Shown: positions 19,478 to 30,347 of the stretch, one piece after another
Position numbering within the stretch: position 1 is the stretch's first letter
Layout: the number at the start of each line of letters is the position of its first letter
Assembly: GCA_965222115.1 (NCBI GenBank)
Contig: CBDCTJ010000007.1
Coordinates: forward strand, 864,001-928,000
Reading direction: 5' to 3'
Origin: Planctomycetota bacterium
GTDB lineage: Bacteria; Planctomycetota; PLA2; JAEUHO01
Length of the DNA stretch: 64,000 bases
Translations under genes and position numbers: made by a program
Notes under the pieces: model-generated
The model's input: only the letters and a program-made list of their open reading frames with translations
What the model was told of the DNA's origin: nothing
The model's database searches: none

Positions 19478-20899
19478 TTAGTCGGGGACAGGCAACCCAC
19501 TCGGCACACTGTCGGGGATCTTGTCGAGGAGGTTGACCGAGTCTTGATCGGTGAGGCAGTGGAGGAAGGCGACGATCTGATTGACTTCTTCGTCGGTCAA
19601 CGTCACTTGTTCGAGCAGAGGGCTGATGGCGGCGATACGGGCATCGCGTCGTGTGGGATCGGTATCGACTTCGGATTGATACAGCGCGGGAAGCTGTGAC
19701 GCGTCGTAGTTGGTGAGACTCGTGGCGGCGTCAAGGTGATGGCGCACAACCGCTTCAAGCGATGTGTAGGCACCAGCATGAGTCCACGGGCCCGTGAGTG
19801 AAACGTTTCGAAGTGAAGGCGTGCGGAATTTGTATTCGTCGTCAATCAACCCGGTGACGACCGCGAGACCCTTGTCGTCACCGTTCACGTCCTTACCGGG
19901 ACCCAGTTGGGGTGCGGCAATGCCGTGATGTTGGAAGTCACTTAGCATGGGGCCGTTGTGACAGTTGGCACATCGCGCGCTGCCAAAGAACAGGATGGCG
20001 CCGCGCTTGGCGTCATCGCTCATTGCGGTCATGTCGCCCTGAAGGTACCGGTCAAACGGTGTATTGAGCGCGGTGTAAGTACGTGCCTCGTAGGCTGCGA
20101 TGGCCTTGGCCGCATGACCGAAGTTGTAGTCATCGTAGTTTGTGATGGACGGGAACGCCGCGTCGAAGAGATCGCGATAGCCCTGAATGCCGCCCACGGT
20201 GCCATCGTTCGTACCTACCAAACGCTCCATGAGCAGCGACCAAACGCCGAGGTTGTCGGCAGCGTCCGCAATCAAGTTGGATCCGGGGAGCCCACGCATT
20301 TCATCGTGCGACGTTACGGGAAACATGGCTTGTGCTGCCAGCGCCGAGTCGAGCAGCGCGGCAATCTCAGGTGACGGTGGCGTGGCCGTGTTGAGTGCGG
20401 GTTCGGGGGTGGTGAGCTCGCCCGTCACGGGATCACGCGAAACGCGGCTATCCCAGAACATGGTCGTGACTTCGTTCATTTCGGCGTTGAAGACCGCCGG
20501 TGCGTTGCGTGGAATGATGCGGCTCGTGCCTTGTTGGCGCGTGGCGCCCACGCCCGTTCCGCCTTCGCCGAGGGGCAAGGGCAATGCGTCACCGGTGGCG
20601 GCCACCGGATGATGGCAGGTCGCGCATGAAATGTTCTGATTGCCACTGAGTATCTTGTCAAAGAAGAGCGCTTCACCGAGCGCTACTTGTTCATCGGTAT
20701 GACCCTGAAGTGCCGACGGGGACGTAACGCCTGCATCGGCGAGCAACGCCTGCAGTTCGGCGTTCATCTGCTGATTGTTGCTCTCATTCACGCGGATGAT
20801 GTCGTTGGCGCGATGACACCCCGCAAGCGTTACGGCCGTGATCATGGTTGTTAGCAGACCTGCAAGTAGCGGCTGGAACAGTTGGATGCGGTGGTTCAT
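19478..20899 (-). CDS. Diheme cytochrome c peroxidase/MauG-superfamily lipoprotein
   Basis: Lipobox LAGC; LGEALFFD..LSG...SCATCH, RNAP, FWD, CANCHNG, FRTPSLRNV motifs. Confidence 0.9.
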   Translation of the reverse strand: MNHRIQLFQPLLAGLLTTMITAVTLAGCHRANDIIRVNESNNQQMNAELQALLADAGVTSPSALQGHTDEQVALGEALFFDKILSGNQNISCATCHHPVAATGDALPLPLGEGGTGVGATRQQGTSRIIPRNAPAVFNAEMNEVTTMFWDSRVSRDPVTGELTTPEPALNTATPPSPEIAALLDSALAAQAMFPVTSHDEMRGLPGSNLIADAADNLGVWSLLMERLVGTNDGTVGGIQGYRDLFDAAFPSITNYDDYNFGHAAKAIAAYEARTYTALNTPFDRYLQGDMTAMSDDAKRGAILFFGSARCANCHNGPMLSDFQHHGIAAPQLGPGKDVNGDDKGLAVVTGLIDDEYKFRTPSLRNVSLTGPWTHAGAYTSLEAVVRHHLDAATSLTNYDASQLPALYQSEVDTDPTRRDARIAAISPLLEQVTLTDEEVNQIVAFLHCLTDQDSVNLLDKIPDSVPSGLPVPD

Positions 20900-21186
20900 G
20901 TAGATTCTCTCTCGCAGTTGAGTGGCAATCGGCGCGCCTGGCCCCTGCACCTACTTCGCACGAGCAGTCGTTTGGTAACAGCCCATACGCCTTAACTGTC
21001 GGCAGGTTCGAATTCTCGAAAGAGAGTCAAATCTGGCTGAGCGGATGAGGCGGCCCCCTTTAAGACGAATTCGCGACGCTCTCGGTGAAGTCGATGCAAC
21101 TGAGTTGCAGCGATATACAAAAACGACACGGCTGGCCCCTGATCGCCTCGCCCGACCACGCCATTCGCCAGCGGAGACCATGATCC

Positions 21187-23583
21187 ATGTCCGACGCCAC
21201 AAAGCCTCTACCAGCGACCGCACTCCGTTGGCGGTGCGATCCAGCGGACTTCTCATTCACGAGCACAGCGGAACTTGACCCGGGCGAGGGCATCGTGGGT
21301 CAAACGAATGCCGTCGAAGCACTGCGCTTTGGCCTCGAGTTTGACGCACCTGGACAGAACGTTTTTGTTCGCGGGCTCGAGGGCACAGGTCGCTCCACGC
21401 TTGTACAGAAGCTCATGGCCACGTGCAAATCGCGCTGCCTTCCCGCGCCCGATCGCGTGTACGTGTTCAACTTCAAGCGCTCCGATCGTCCCACGCTGCT
21501 AAGTTTTCCGCGCGGGCAAGGTCCAAACTTTCGTCGGCTTGTGGATGGGCTCATCAAGTTCATATCGTCCGAACTGGGTGAAGGCCTCACGGCCGACATG
21601 GTCAAAGCGCGATCCAAAGAAATCGATGCTAAGGCACAGCAAGATGCAAAGGCGTTGACGGAGCCCTTTGAGAAGGAACTTAAGGATGCCGGCTTTGCCC
21701 TCATGACCAGTCAAGCAGGTCCAACGACGCGCCATTTGATTGTTCCCATGCACGAGGGTCAACCCGTGTTGCCGGAACGGATGCAAACGCTCTTGTCCGA
21801 AGGCACGATTACGCAAGACACGGTTGCCGAATGGGGGAAACAGGCCGAGGCGTTTGGCGAGCGCATGGGCGTCGTGTCTGAAAAGCTTCAAGAGATTGGC
21901 ATTGCCCGTATCGAGTCACACCAAAATCTGATTACCGAGGAAGCACGCGCACTCCTGTCCAAGGCGGCGGCAGGCATTCGAAGCGCGTTTCCGGGCACGG
22001 GCGTGCGTAAGTTTCTCGATGCCGTTGTGGACGACGTCATTGAGAAGCGTTTGGGCGCCTTGTCGGAAGGCAAACTGGCCTTTGTCGAGCGCTACCGGGT
22101 CAACGTCATCTTAACGCACGAAAATGACGACGGGTGTCCGGCGATCGTCGAGACGGCGCCGTCCATGCAGGCGTTGCTTGGCACCATCGATCGCCTCGCC
22201 GACGATCCCGAAGATGACGTCTACACGCCGCAGATGATGATTCGTCCCGGGAGCCTGGTGAATGCCGACGGTGGGTATCTTGTCCTCGACGGCAATGATC
22301 TGATTCAAGAACCGGGCGCGTGGAAGTCCTTGGTTCGTACGCTTCGGACCGGTCGTGTTGAACTGGTGCCCATGAGTTTGCCGGTGCCGTGGCGCGGCGC
22401 GGCCCTTAAGCCCGATCCCGTTCCCGTCAACGTCAAAGTGATTCTGATTGGCGACGCGAAGCTCTACTACTTGTTGGACTCCTTGGATCAGGACTTTCCG
22501 GCGCTATTCAAAGTGTTGGTTGACTTCGACTCGGTTATCCCACGGGACCAGAAGAGCATGTCGCACTACGCGACCATTCTGGCTTCCATTGCTCGCGATG
22601 AAAACCGACCGCCGTACACGAGGGAAGCTGTTGCTGCACTCTGTGAACACGGCGCGCGCATTGCGGCGCAGGGCGAGAAGCTCACCGCGCGTTTTGGTCG
22701 CTTGGCCGATCTTGCACGTGAGGCAGCGTTCCTTGCCTCGACCGATAAACACGACGCGGTGTCGGCCGAACACGTACGCAGCGCTGTTCGTCGCACCAAG
22801 CGACGCGCCAATCTGCCGTCGCGCCGATTCCAAGAGATGATTTCGCGAGGTGTGATTCGCATTGCTACAGAGGGAGCCGCTGTAGGCCAAGTCAATGGCC
22901 TCGCCGTGATGCAGGCCGGGCAGTTGACGTATGGGTTTCCAGGTCGCATTACAGCCAGCGTGGGTCCCGGTAGCCGTGGCACGATTAACATCGAACAAGA
23001 AGCTGCGCTATCGGGGCGGATTCACACCAAGGGCTTTCAGATTCTCGGTGGCTTATTGCGTACCTTGCTCCAGACCAACCACCCCATCACGTTTACCGCG
23101 TCGATCGCCTTTGAACAGAGCTACGGCGGTGTCGATGGCGACTCCGCATCGGGCGTGCAGTTCTGTTGTCTTCTGAGCGCGTTGACGGGCATTCCCGCGC
23201 GACAGGACTTGGCCATGACCGGCGCGATCGATCAGGTTGGCAACGTATTGCCCATTGGCGGTGTGAACGAAAAAATTGAGGGCTTTTACGACGCCTGTTC
23301 GTTCGGCGGACTGTCGCGTACCCAAGGTGTGATCATTCCTCGCGCCAACGCGGACGACCTCATGTTGCGAGACGATGTCGTGAAGGCATGTGCTGACGGG
23401 ACATTTGCCGTCTACGCCGTTGCGCGGATTGAAGAGGCATTGAAGATCATGCTCGCTACGTCGCCCGGCACGCGAGATGCCGAAGGTCGCTATCCGGATG
23501 AATCCGTTCTTGGTCGCGCCAACGCGCGCGTGTACGAACTTTGGCGACAGAGCGCGCGACCGGAACCGTACGGTTCCGCATAG
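21187..23583 (+). CDS. Lon-like (LonC-type) S16 protease with AAA-like N-terminal region
   Basis: GQVNGLAV, FEQSYGGVDGDSAS, GGVNEKIEGF (Ser-Lys dyad); degenerate Walker A GLEGTGRS; coiled-coil insert. Confidence 0.88.
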   Translation: MSDATKPLPATALRWRCDPADFSFTSTAELDPGEGIVGQTNAVEALRFGLEFDAPGQNVFVRGLEGTGRSTLVQKLMATCKSRCLPAPDRVYVFNFKRSDRPTLLSFPRGQGPNFRRLVDGLIKFISSELGEGLTADMVKARSKEIDAKAQQDAKALTEPFEKELKDAGFALMTSQAGPTTRHLIVPMHEGQPVLPERMQTLLSEGTITQDTVAEWGKQAEAFGERMGVVSEKLQEIGIARIESHQNLITEEARALLSKAAAGIRSAFPGTGVRKFLDAVVDDVIEKRLGALSEGKLAFVERYRVNVILTHENDDGCPAIVETAPSMQALLGTIDRLADDPEDDVYTPQMMIRPGSLVNADGGYLVLDGNDLIQEPGAWKSLVRTLRTGRVELVPMSLPVPWRGAALKPDPVPVNVKVILIGDAKLYYLLDSLDQDFPALFKVLVDFDSVIPRDQKSMSHYATILASIARDENRPPYTREAVAALCEHGARIAAQGEKLTARFGRLADLAREAAFLASTDKHDAVSAEHVRSAVRRTKRRANLPSRRFQEMISRGVIRIATEGAAVGQVNGLAVMQAGQLTYGFPGRITASVGPGSRGTINIEQEAALSGRIHTKGFQILGGLLRTLLQTNHPITFTASIAFEQSYGGVDGDSASGVQFCCLLSALTGIPARQDLAMTGAIDQVGNVLPIGGVNEKIEGFYDACSFGGLSRTQGVIIPRANADDLMLRDDVVKACADGTFAVYAVARIEEALKIMLATSPGTRDAEGRYPDESVLGRANARVYELWRQSARPEPYGSA

Positions 23584-23608
23584 CGGCTTCGAGCAGGCGC
23601 AACGCTTG

Positions 23609-25108
23609 CTACTGTTGCTTTGAAATGCGGTAGATTGCGCCTTGCGTGGCGAGGTAGAGGTCACCCGTCACGGCGTCGTGTTCAATGTCGATTGGAAGAT
23701 CGGAACCCATGATCTCTGCGAACACACTTTCACGATCGACATTGACCAGGGCGGGTGAGCCTTGACTGGCTGACGTTTCGAAACGAATAATGGTGCTGTC
23801 GTCGTACGCCGTCATGAAGATGTCGTCGGCATAGTCCGCGCCCCACACGTTGCCGGTGTGCCAGATCAAGCCCGTTGGCACCGTTACGTCGGGCGTGGTC
23901 CACATCGCAAAGCCCGCTATGCTGCCAGGAATCTGATTCGTGGTTCCCCAGCCAAAGTTCTTGCCGGGCGCAAAGTAGCCCAAGATGTCTTCCGACGTGT
24001 AGGGGGCGTTGTCGCCGCCGTTGTCGCCTCCATAGAGTTCGCCCGTCACCGGATGTACGGCGAGGGCAAACGTGTTGCGCAAACCCCGCAACCATTCGGG
24101 ATCCCCGGCGTTGGGATTGCCCGCGGCGGGCACGGCTGGAACCGTCGATACGTCGTAGCGCAGCACCTTGCCGGCCAGCGACGTGCTGCTATCAGCCTGT
24201 GCATCCGTGGGGGACTGCACGTCGCCGATCGAAACAAAGAGCGCGCCCGTCGAGTCAAAGACGATGTCGCCACCGTTGTTCAAGTCGCCAGGCGGCGTAA
24301 TAGGCAGACTGTCGATGACCGTAGTCTCATTGGTGCCTACGTTGTTGGTGTCTGTGAAGCGAATGATCTTCTGGCGATCGGGGAGCGCAGGTGGACCGGC
24401 TTCAGCCGCCACACAGGCCATGGCATAGAGGTACCCGTTGTTCGTAAAGTCGGGATCCAGCGTCAATCCAAGTAAGCCGCGATGCCCACCGGTCACAATC
24501 GGAATGGTCGCGAACGGCGTGGGAAGTAACGTGCCGCCAACGTCGATCACGCGAATTTCGCCTGACGTGAAAATGCTAAAGAAGATGCGCCCATCCGGCG
24601 CCAAGGCAATCTTCACAATACTGCTCTGCCCCGAAATGACTTCCTCGGCGATAAAGCCTGGGAGCAAGGACGCGAACTCAGCGGGAAGCGCAGGGCCCAC
24701 GCCCAGCATTAAATTAAAGTCGGTAGACCCGGCGCCGTTGGTGGCGGTAATGGTGTAGGCCGTAGTCGGCGTTGGGTTCGTGGGGGTGCCCGTAATGACG
24801 CCCGTGAGCGGATCGATCGTAAGCCCGGCCGGCAGAGCGGGTTGCACCGCGTACGTTGGTGTGGACCCCTGCACCGTGGGTGTGTTGGGTGGGATGGCTT
24901 CGCCGACTCGGTAGTATCCCGGCGCATCGCTAAAGACGAGCCCCGATGGCGCGACAACGGTTATGCCGCCACCACCTCCACCGCTCGATCCACAACTGGT
25001 GGCGATGAACATGCTTGAGAGCGCCATGATTGTGATGGCAGCGAGCGTTCGAACGCGGTGATACCGACGTGAGGCTGATGGGGTCAACGTGAGGGGCGAA
25101 TGGTTCAT
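23609..25108 (-). CDS. PQQ-dependent glucose/sorbosone dehydrogenase-like beta-propeller lipoprotein with N-terminal Ig (He_PIG) domain
   Basis: ATSC + poly-Gly; PALPAGL.ID..TG.I.GTP; GHRGLLGLTLDPDF, GG.I.F, LAGKVLR, GLRNTF motifs. Start uncertain. Confidence 0.85.
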   Translation of the reverse strand: MNHSPLTLTPSASRRYHRVRTLAAITIMALSSMFIATSCGSSGGGGGGITVVAPSGLVFSDAPGYYRVGEAIPPNTPTVQGSTPTYAVQPALPAGLTIDPLTGVITGTPTNPTPTTAYTITATNGAGSTDFNLMLGVGPALPAEFASLLPGFIAEEVISGQSSIVKIALAPDGRIFFSIFTSGEIRVIDVGGTLLPTPFATIPIVTGGHRGLLGLTLDPDFTNNGYLYAMACVAAEAGPPALPDRQKIIRFTDTNNVGTNETTVIDSLPITPPGDLNNGGDIVFDSTGALFVSIGDVQSPTDAQADSSTSLAGKVLRYDVSTVPAVPAAGNPNAGDPEWLRGLRNTFALAVHPVTGELYGGDNGGDNAPYTSEDILGYFAPGKNFGWGTTNQIPGSIAGFAMWTTPDVTVPTGLIWHTGNVWGADYADDIFMTAYDDSTIIRFETSASQGSPALVNVDRESVFAEIMGSDLPIDIEHDAVTGDLYLATQGAIYRISKQQ

Positions 25109-25237
25109 GAAACTAGGCCTTCCTGTCGAATACAGATTTTCGCATCGCTGCCGTAGGTGTGATTGTAGACCGGCCCACACGCCTTGCCGTCGCTGATAGC
25201 GCGGGCGCGACGCGAAATCGCCCGCGAGCTTTCTTGG

Positions 25238-26521
25238 CTAACTTCCCGGTAGATAGTTAAGCGTGGTGTTGATGTCTTGAGGCTCTGGGAACACGGCGGC
25301 CGCGTCCACGCCCACATGACGTGTAAGCGCCTCTTTGTAGATGTCGCGGAAGTCTACGTTGTAGTCGAGCCACGGTTGGTCAGCGATATCGGGCTCGCTG
25401 AGTTCGGGGCCATACAATCCTTGAATGACGGGTCCACCCGCTGCCATCAGCGTATTCCCATGTCCGTGGTCGGTGCCCAGTGAGTCGTTGTCGAAGTTGC
25501 GACGCCCAAACTCGGTGATGATGAGGACCAGCGTGTCGTCCCACACGTTCATGTACTTCATGTCGTCGGAAAAGACCTTGAGCGCGTCGTCCAACCGTTT
25601 GATCAAGTCGGCCTGCGTGCCGGTTTCCGATCCTTGATCGCCATGCGTATCCCAGCCGCCAAAGCCCGTATAGAACACCTTGGTTTCGAAACCGTATTGA
25701 ATCAACCGCGCAATGTCACGAAGCCAAATGCCGGGTGCGCTATCCGGATAGAGCGCGTCGTGGGGCGAGTTGTACTGCGTGACGGCGTCTTGGATTTGAC
25801 TTGCCAGCGTGTGACTTTGATCGAGTGCAGTAGCCGCTTCCGTGCTAAGCGTATCGCCCGTGTAATCTTCAAGGAGTTCCTTGATCACCTCCAAGCGCAA
25901 CAGGTAGTTTTGGTAATAGTCATAGTCCGCACGAAAGTCGAACTGTTCCAGTCGGTTGGCCATGAACGATGTGGAAGAACCGCCTTCGACGTCTACGGGA
26001 CGACCTACGCCAATGGTGACCGTGCCCATGGGTGTGGGCGCCGCGAGGTCGGCCACACGGGCAAGCCAACCACTTTCGGCAATGGGCAAGGGTTCGAACT
26101 CGCCGCGCACGCCGCGGCTGTAAATGTCTTGGCTGGTGAAGTGACTGAGGTTGGCCGTTGGGTAGCCCACCTTGCGGAAGATGGCGCCGTCGCCCGCGTT
26201 GTAGAGTGAAGCAAAGCCGTCGAGATTGGGGTGTGTCGCGTAGTCGCCCGTGCCATTCAGGGGCAGGGCATTGGCCGCTGCGATGTTGATGTCGGGCCGC
26301 TCGCTGTAGTAGGCATTGTTGGTAACCGGCACAATCATGTTGAGCCCGTCATACCCGCCGTAGCAGTTGATGATGACCAAGCGCTTGTGATTGGGAAGCG
26401 GGGCGCCGGCGGCTAGGGGGAGTGACATGCGAGCCAATGGGCCCAGCGCCGCAATGCCGGCGCCCGCCATGGTGAATCGCAGGAGATCGCGTCGGGTTAC
26501 GTTCTTTGGTAGGTGCGCCAT
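25238..26521 (-). CDS. DUF1501 protein (Tat signal), copy 1
   Basis: TRRDLL signal; GGYDGLN, SHF, GGWDTH, TEFGR, GTDHG, VDFR motifs. Confidence 0.9.
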   Translation of the reverse strand: MAHLPKNVTRRDLLRFTMAGAGIAALGPLARMSLPLAAGAPLPNHKRLVIINCYGGYDGLNMIVPVTNNAYYSERPDINIAAANALPLNGTGDYATHPNLDGFASLYNAGDGAIFRKVGYPTANLSHFTSQDIYSRGVRGEFEPLPIAESGWLARVADLAAPTPMGTVTIGVGRPVDVEGGSSTSFMANRLEQFDFRADYDYYQNYLLRLEVIKELLEDYTGDTLSTEAATALDQSHTLASQIQDAVTQYNSPHDALYPDSAPGIWLRDIARLIQYGFETKVFYTGFGGWDTHGDQGSETGTQADLIKRLDDALKVFSDDMKYMNVWDDTLVLIITEFGRRNFDNDSLGTDHGHGNTLMAAGGPVIQGLYGPELSEPDIADQPWLDYNVDFRDIYKEALTRHVGVDAAAVFPEPQDINTTLNYLPGS

Positions 26522-26582
26522 GATGGTTCCTTTGCGTGTGCCCGTGAGGTTGTGGGTCCGGGACCAAATACTGTGTTGATTG

Positions 26583-28469
26583 CTACCGCGTGAGATAGGT
26601 GGGGTGTTGACTCATGATGTAAAGCAGGCCGCGCACCTTCTTGTCGATCTGTACGTCGTCGGTGGGATCCCACGGATCGTTGACCACCGTTCCGGTGAAG
26701 TCGCGATCTTGCTCCAGGTATGTAGCCATCAGCGTGTGGTCATCGACACTGAGTTCGAGACGCAGTCGTTTGGCCAGCGCGTCCACCACGTCATCCGACG
26801 TGGGCGTGCCAGCCGGCAGCAGGTCGGCAACATCGATGCCCAGCGTTTCATGCGCACTGCGAAGTTCCGCAGCGAAGTAGTTGATTAGATTGGCGCGTTC
26901 CACCATGTCTTGCGCCGAGAACCATGCCGTGCCTTCGGGCCAGCCATCCACGGTGGGCGGTTGACCGATGAAATTACCCAGTCGTTGCATGCGGTCGTAC
27001 ATCGTCGTGGGATCGCCAATCAGTCCGGTGGAGCGCATGAAGCCCAGAAACTGCTCCATGGGCGTTTTGACGATGCCTTCTTTCGCCGGTAGCGAATAGA
27101 ACGCCTCGGATTGAAACAGCGCCATGAGCACCGGTTTCAATTCCCAGTTCGATTCAAGCATGCGCGCCATCTGATCGACGAGTTCCGGTGTCGGGTCGTC
27201 CATGCAAAAGTGGCGGAGCAGGGAACGGCAGAGCCACTCGGCGACCGCACTCACGCCCGTATGGGGGTTCTTGAACGCGAGGGTGATATCGACAACTTCG
27301 GCGTAGTCATCGCCCGCGTTTTGGGGCGCAATGCGCGACCCCAGGATCCACTTCTCGTCCGGGTCGTGGAGATCGGGATCGAAAAGCACATAGCTCTGTC
27401 CCGTGTTGGTGTCGTACTCCAGCTTGTAGCCTGTAAATGCGCGAGCGGCTTCGACAATATCGGCTTCTGTGTAGTGGTTATCGACACCGAGGCAGTAGAG
27501 TTCGAAGTACTCGCGACCGAAATTCTCATTCGGTTCAACTTTGGTGCTCTCCACACCGTCGAGGAACTCGAGCATCGCCCAGTCGCGAGTCATGGCGAGA
27601 ATCAAGTCTCGCGCGTTGCCCGCACCTTCTTGGCGCCACAAGTTGATCTGATTGACCATTGTGTAGCGCGTGGTCTCGCCCAAAACCTCGGACGAACAGG
27701 CAAAGTGATCGTGCCAATGAAGCGCTAGTTTTTCCTGGAACGGATTGACCGTGCCCATGCAGAGCGCTGTCCACCAACGGGTGATGTCCCATGACGCAGG
27801 AAAGCGTCCCTCGGGATCCTGCGTATCAACGAGGTACGCGGCGCGCACGTCGGCTTCAAGTTGAGGTTGATCAAAGAATGTCGTCATGAGATCGACGTAC
27901 GCGGCAAGCCCGCGATTCACGAGCTCGGTGTAGTGAAAGTCAGAAAACCCAAAGTGGGTGCGTTCCAGGAAGTGTCGCAAGTCGTCGTCGGTGAGGGCGT
28001 TCATGGGCGCCATCGACTTGTAGTCCACCCACTTGATGGTGAGGTCTACGCTGGCCGTGGTTTCGCCGCCGCTGTTGCCGGCTGTGACGACAAACGTTGT
28101 TTGATCCATGGGCTCAACCGGTGTGCCTTCGATAGCGCCAGAGCCTGCATTGATCATCAAACCTGGCGGCAACGCGGGCGCGACCGCCCACGACGTAATG
28201 GGGTCGCCATCGGCCGAGGGGATGTTGGGATTGATGGCGCCGTCGGTGCGGTATTCGGCGCTAGGCGCGCTGTACACGAGGTTGCTGGGCGGTTCGATGA
28301 TGGGTCCAGCGTTACCACCACCGCCTCCGCCGCCACCGCACGAAGCGACTACGAATGCCGTGGCCACCACCCAGCAGGCGCTGCGTAGCGTGCGCCACCG
28401 TCGTGGAGACGCAGAAGTGCCAGATGGTTGATGTGTACACGTGTGTCGATGCGTATAGGATTGCGCCAT
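26583..28469 (-). CDS. DUF1800 lipoprotein with Ig domain, copy 1
   Basis: VASC + poly-Gly + He_PIG; HFLERTHFG, LHWHDHF, PNENFGRE..EL..LG, ARAFTG, PP.V.GW motifs. Confidence 0.9.
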   Translation of the reverse strand: MAQSYTHRHTCTHQPSGTSASPRRWRTLRSACWVVATAFVVASCGGGGGGGGNAGPIIEPPSNLVYSAPSAEYRTDGAINPNIPSADGDPITSWAVAPALPPGLMINAGSGAIEGTPVEPMDQTTFVVTAGNSGGETTASVDLTIKWVDYKSMAPMNALTDDDLRHFLERTHFGFSDFHYTELVNRGLAAYVDLMTTFFDQPQLEADVRAAYLVDTQDPEGRFPASWDITRWWTALCMGTVNPFQEKLALHWHDHFACSSEVLGETTRYTMVNQINLWRQEGAGNARDLILAMTRDWAMLEFLDGVESTKVEPNENFGREYFELYCLGVDNHYTEADIVEAARAFTGYKLEYDTNTGQSYVLFDPDLHDPDEKWILGSRIAPQNAGDDYAEVVDITLAFKNPHTGVSAVAEWLCRSLLRHFCMDDPTPELVDQMARMLESNWELKPVLMALFQSEAFYSLPAKEGIVKTPMEQFLGFMRSTGLIGDPTTMYDRMQRLGNFIGQPPTVDGWPEGTAWFSAQDMVERANLINYFAAELRSAHETLGIDVADLLPAGTPTSDDVVDALAKRLRLELSVDDHTLMATYLEQDRDFTGTVVNDPWDPTDDVQIDKKVRGLLYIMSQHPTYLTR

Positions 28470-28850
28470 GATCGCCTTGCTTGTTCCACGGGAACGGACG
28501 GCGCACGATGTGGACGCGGCGTACGTGTCGTATGCCACGGTTCAGCACGGGTGAATCGAGCGCCGGTTGTTGACTGTATTTTGAACTCTTTACGGTGTCA
28601 TAGAACCTAGACGGTCTCTTTAAACCTGGACCGTGTTTCAAGTCGTGGGGATTTTGATTTTTCCCATGCCGGCGACCGCACATCGGCAACGGTTCCGTAC
28701 GCCCATCGTATCTAGCCACGAACGTGAGTGTTGGGACGCGGGTTCTCGGAATTGCGTCAAGACGTGTTGCGTGCGTGCAACATACGTCGTCGCATGCACG
28801 CAACTCCGCAGGCGCATGCGGTCTCCGTTTCGTTAGCCGTTTCCCTTTGC

Positions 28851-28889
28851 AAAAATAAGACCGCCAAGCCGCACGAATACGGCTTGGCG
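28851..28889 (-). terminator. Rho-independent terminator after DUF1501 copy 2
   Basis: 10-bp perfect stem CGCCAAGCCG/CGGCTTGGCG followed on the - strand by GTCTTATTTTT. Confidence 0.7.
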
Positions 28890-28931
28890 TAGTAGATGAA
28901 GCGCTGTGAACCGGTAGCCTACCGCTACACG

Positions 28932-30281
28932 CTACGCAACGAATCCGATGTTGGTGTTGATCGTTTGCGGTTCGGGGAACACCACGCCGGCATCAAAGCC
29001 CATATGGTCCTGAATCGCTTCGCGGTAGATATCGCGGAAGTCGAGCGAGTACGCGTTGAGCCAGTTGGGGCCGCCCACGCCATCGGCGCCCGAGAGAATC
29101 TCGGTATCCGTGGGGCGCACACCGTATTCGCCCGACTGCGTCCCTCCGCCCGCGGCGAAAAACGTGTTGGCCTTGCCGTGGTCGGTACCGCCTGAATCAT
29201 TTTCCTTGTTCGTACGTCCAAACTCCGACACGACCAGGATCATGGTGTCGTCGTAGACGCCCATGTGTTTCAGATCGTTGACGAAGTTCTCGATGCCCTT
29301 GTCTAGGTAGTGAATCAAGTCTTGCTGTCTCGCGTTGGTGATGCCTTGATTGCCATGCGTGTCCCAGCCGCCCATGCCGGTAAAGAACACGCGCGTATCA
29401 AAGCCCGCCTGAATCATCATAGCGATGTCGCGCAGATGACGTCCCGGTCGGCTGAGGTAGGTACGGCCAATTTGAACGGGGTAGCTATCCATGAACGGCG
29501 TGTTGTAGCTGCCGAGTGCAGCCTGTAACTGATCCGCGAGCGTGATGCCCTGATCGATAGCGTTGGTTGTCTCTGATGTCGCCCCGCTACTGCCTGCGAA
29601 ACCGTTCAGCACGTTTTGCACGGTATTCATGCGGTGCAACTGGTCGTTGTCGCTGCCCCAGTAACGAAGGAACTTGAAGCTCGATACGCTACCCAAAATG
29701 AGCGGCGTTCCGGCGCCACCCTCAACGTCCATGGGACGGCCCACGCCAACCGCGACCGCGCCCGTTGCCGAGGGAGCATGGGCATCGGCAAAGCGTGCCA
29801 TCCATCCACTCTCGTCGATGCCAAGCGGCGTAAAATCGCCGTCCACGCCAAGGCTGTAGATGTCTTGACTAGTGAAATGGCTGCGGCTTCCCGTCGGATA
29901 GCCAACCATATGGAACACGGCGCCCTTGCCGTCGTTGTTGAAGATGGATTGGAATCCGGTGAACTCGGGATGCAATTTCATGCCCGTTACACCATTGAGA
30001 TCCAGCGGGTTGTGGGCATCCGTGATACCCAGCGTGGGACGCTGCGTGTAGTAGGCCGACGAGTACATCGGGACGACCATATTCATGCCGTCGTAACCGC
30101 CGTAGCAGTAGATGACGACCAAACGTTTGTGGCCGGTAAGCGGTGCGCCCGATACGGGAGTAACCAATGCTCGGCTGAGTGAGCCCAAGGCGGTGAGCCC
30201 CGCGCCCGCCAGCGTGTACTTCATGACGTCACGACGCGTGACGCTTTTAGGGAGGTGCCTGCTCGGTGTGTTCTTAGTCAT
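28932..30281 (-). CDS. DUF1501 protein (Tat signal), copy 2
   Basis: TRRDVM signal; GGYDGMN, SHF, GGWDTH, SEFGR, GTDHG motifs; clear paralog of copy 1. Confidence 0.9.
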   Translation of the reverse strand: MTKNTPSRHLPKSVTRRDVMKYTLAGAGLTALGSLSRALVTPVSGAPLTGHKRLVVIYCYGGYDGMNMVVPMYSSAYYTQRPTLGITDAHNPLDLNGVTGMKLHPEFTGFQSIFNNDGKGAVFHMVGYPTGSRSHFTSQDIYSLGVDGDFTPLGIDESGWMARFADAHAPSATGAVAVGVGRPMDVEGGAGTPLILGSVSSFKFLRYWGSDNDQLHRMNTVQNVLNGFAGSSGATSETTNAIDQGITLADQLQAALGSYNTPFMDSYPVQIGRTYLSRPGRHLRDIAMMIQAGFDTRVFFTGMGGWDTHGNQGITNARQQDLIHYLDKGIENFVNDLKHMGVYDDTMILVVSEFGRTNKENDSGGTDHGKANTFFAAGGGTQSGEYGVRPTDTEILSGADGVGGPNWLNAYSLDFRDIYREAIQDHMGFDAGVVFPEPQTINTNIGFVA

Positions 30282-30347
30282 GGCGTAACCTCTGATTTCC
30301 TTATCAGTAATCGGTTTCAAGTTGAGGACGGATTCGTGTTGAGGGAG

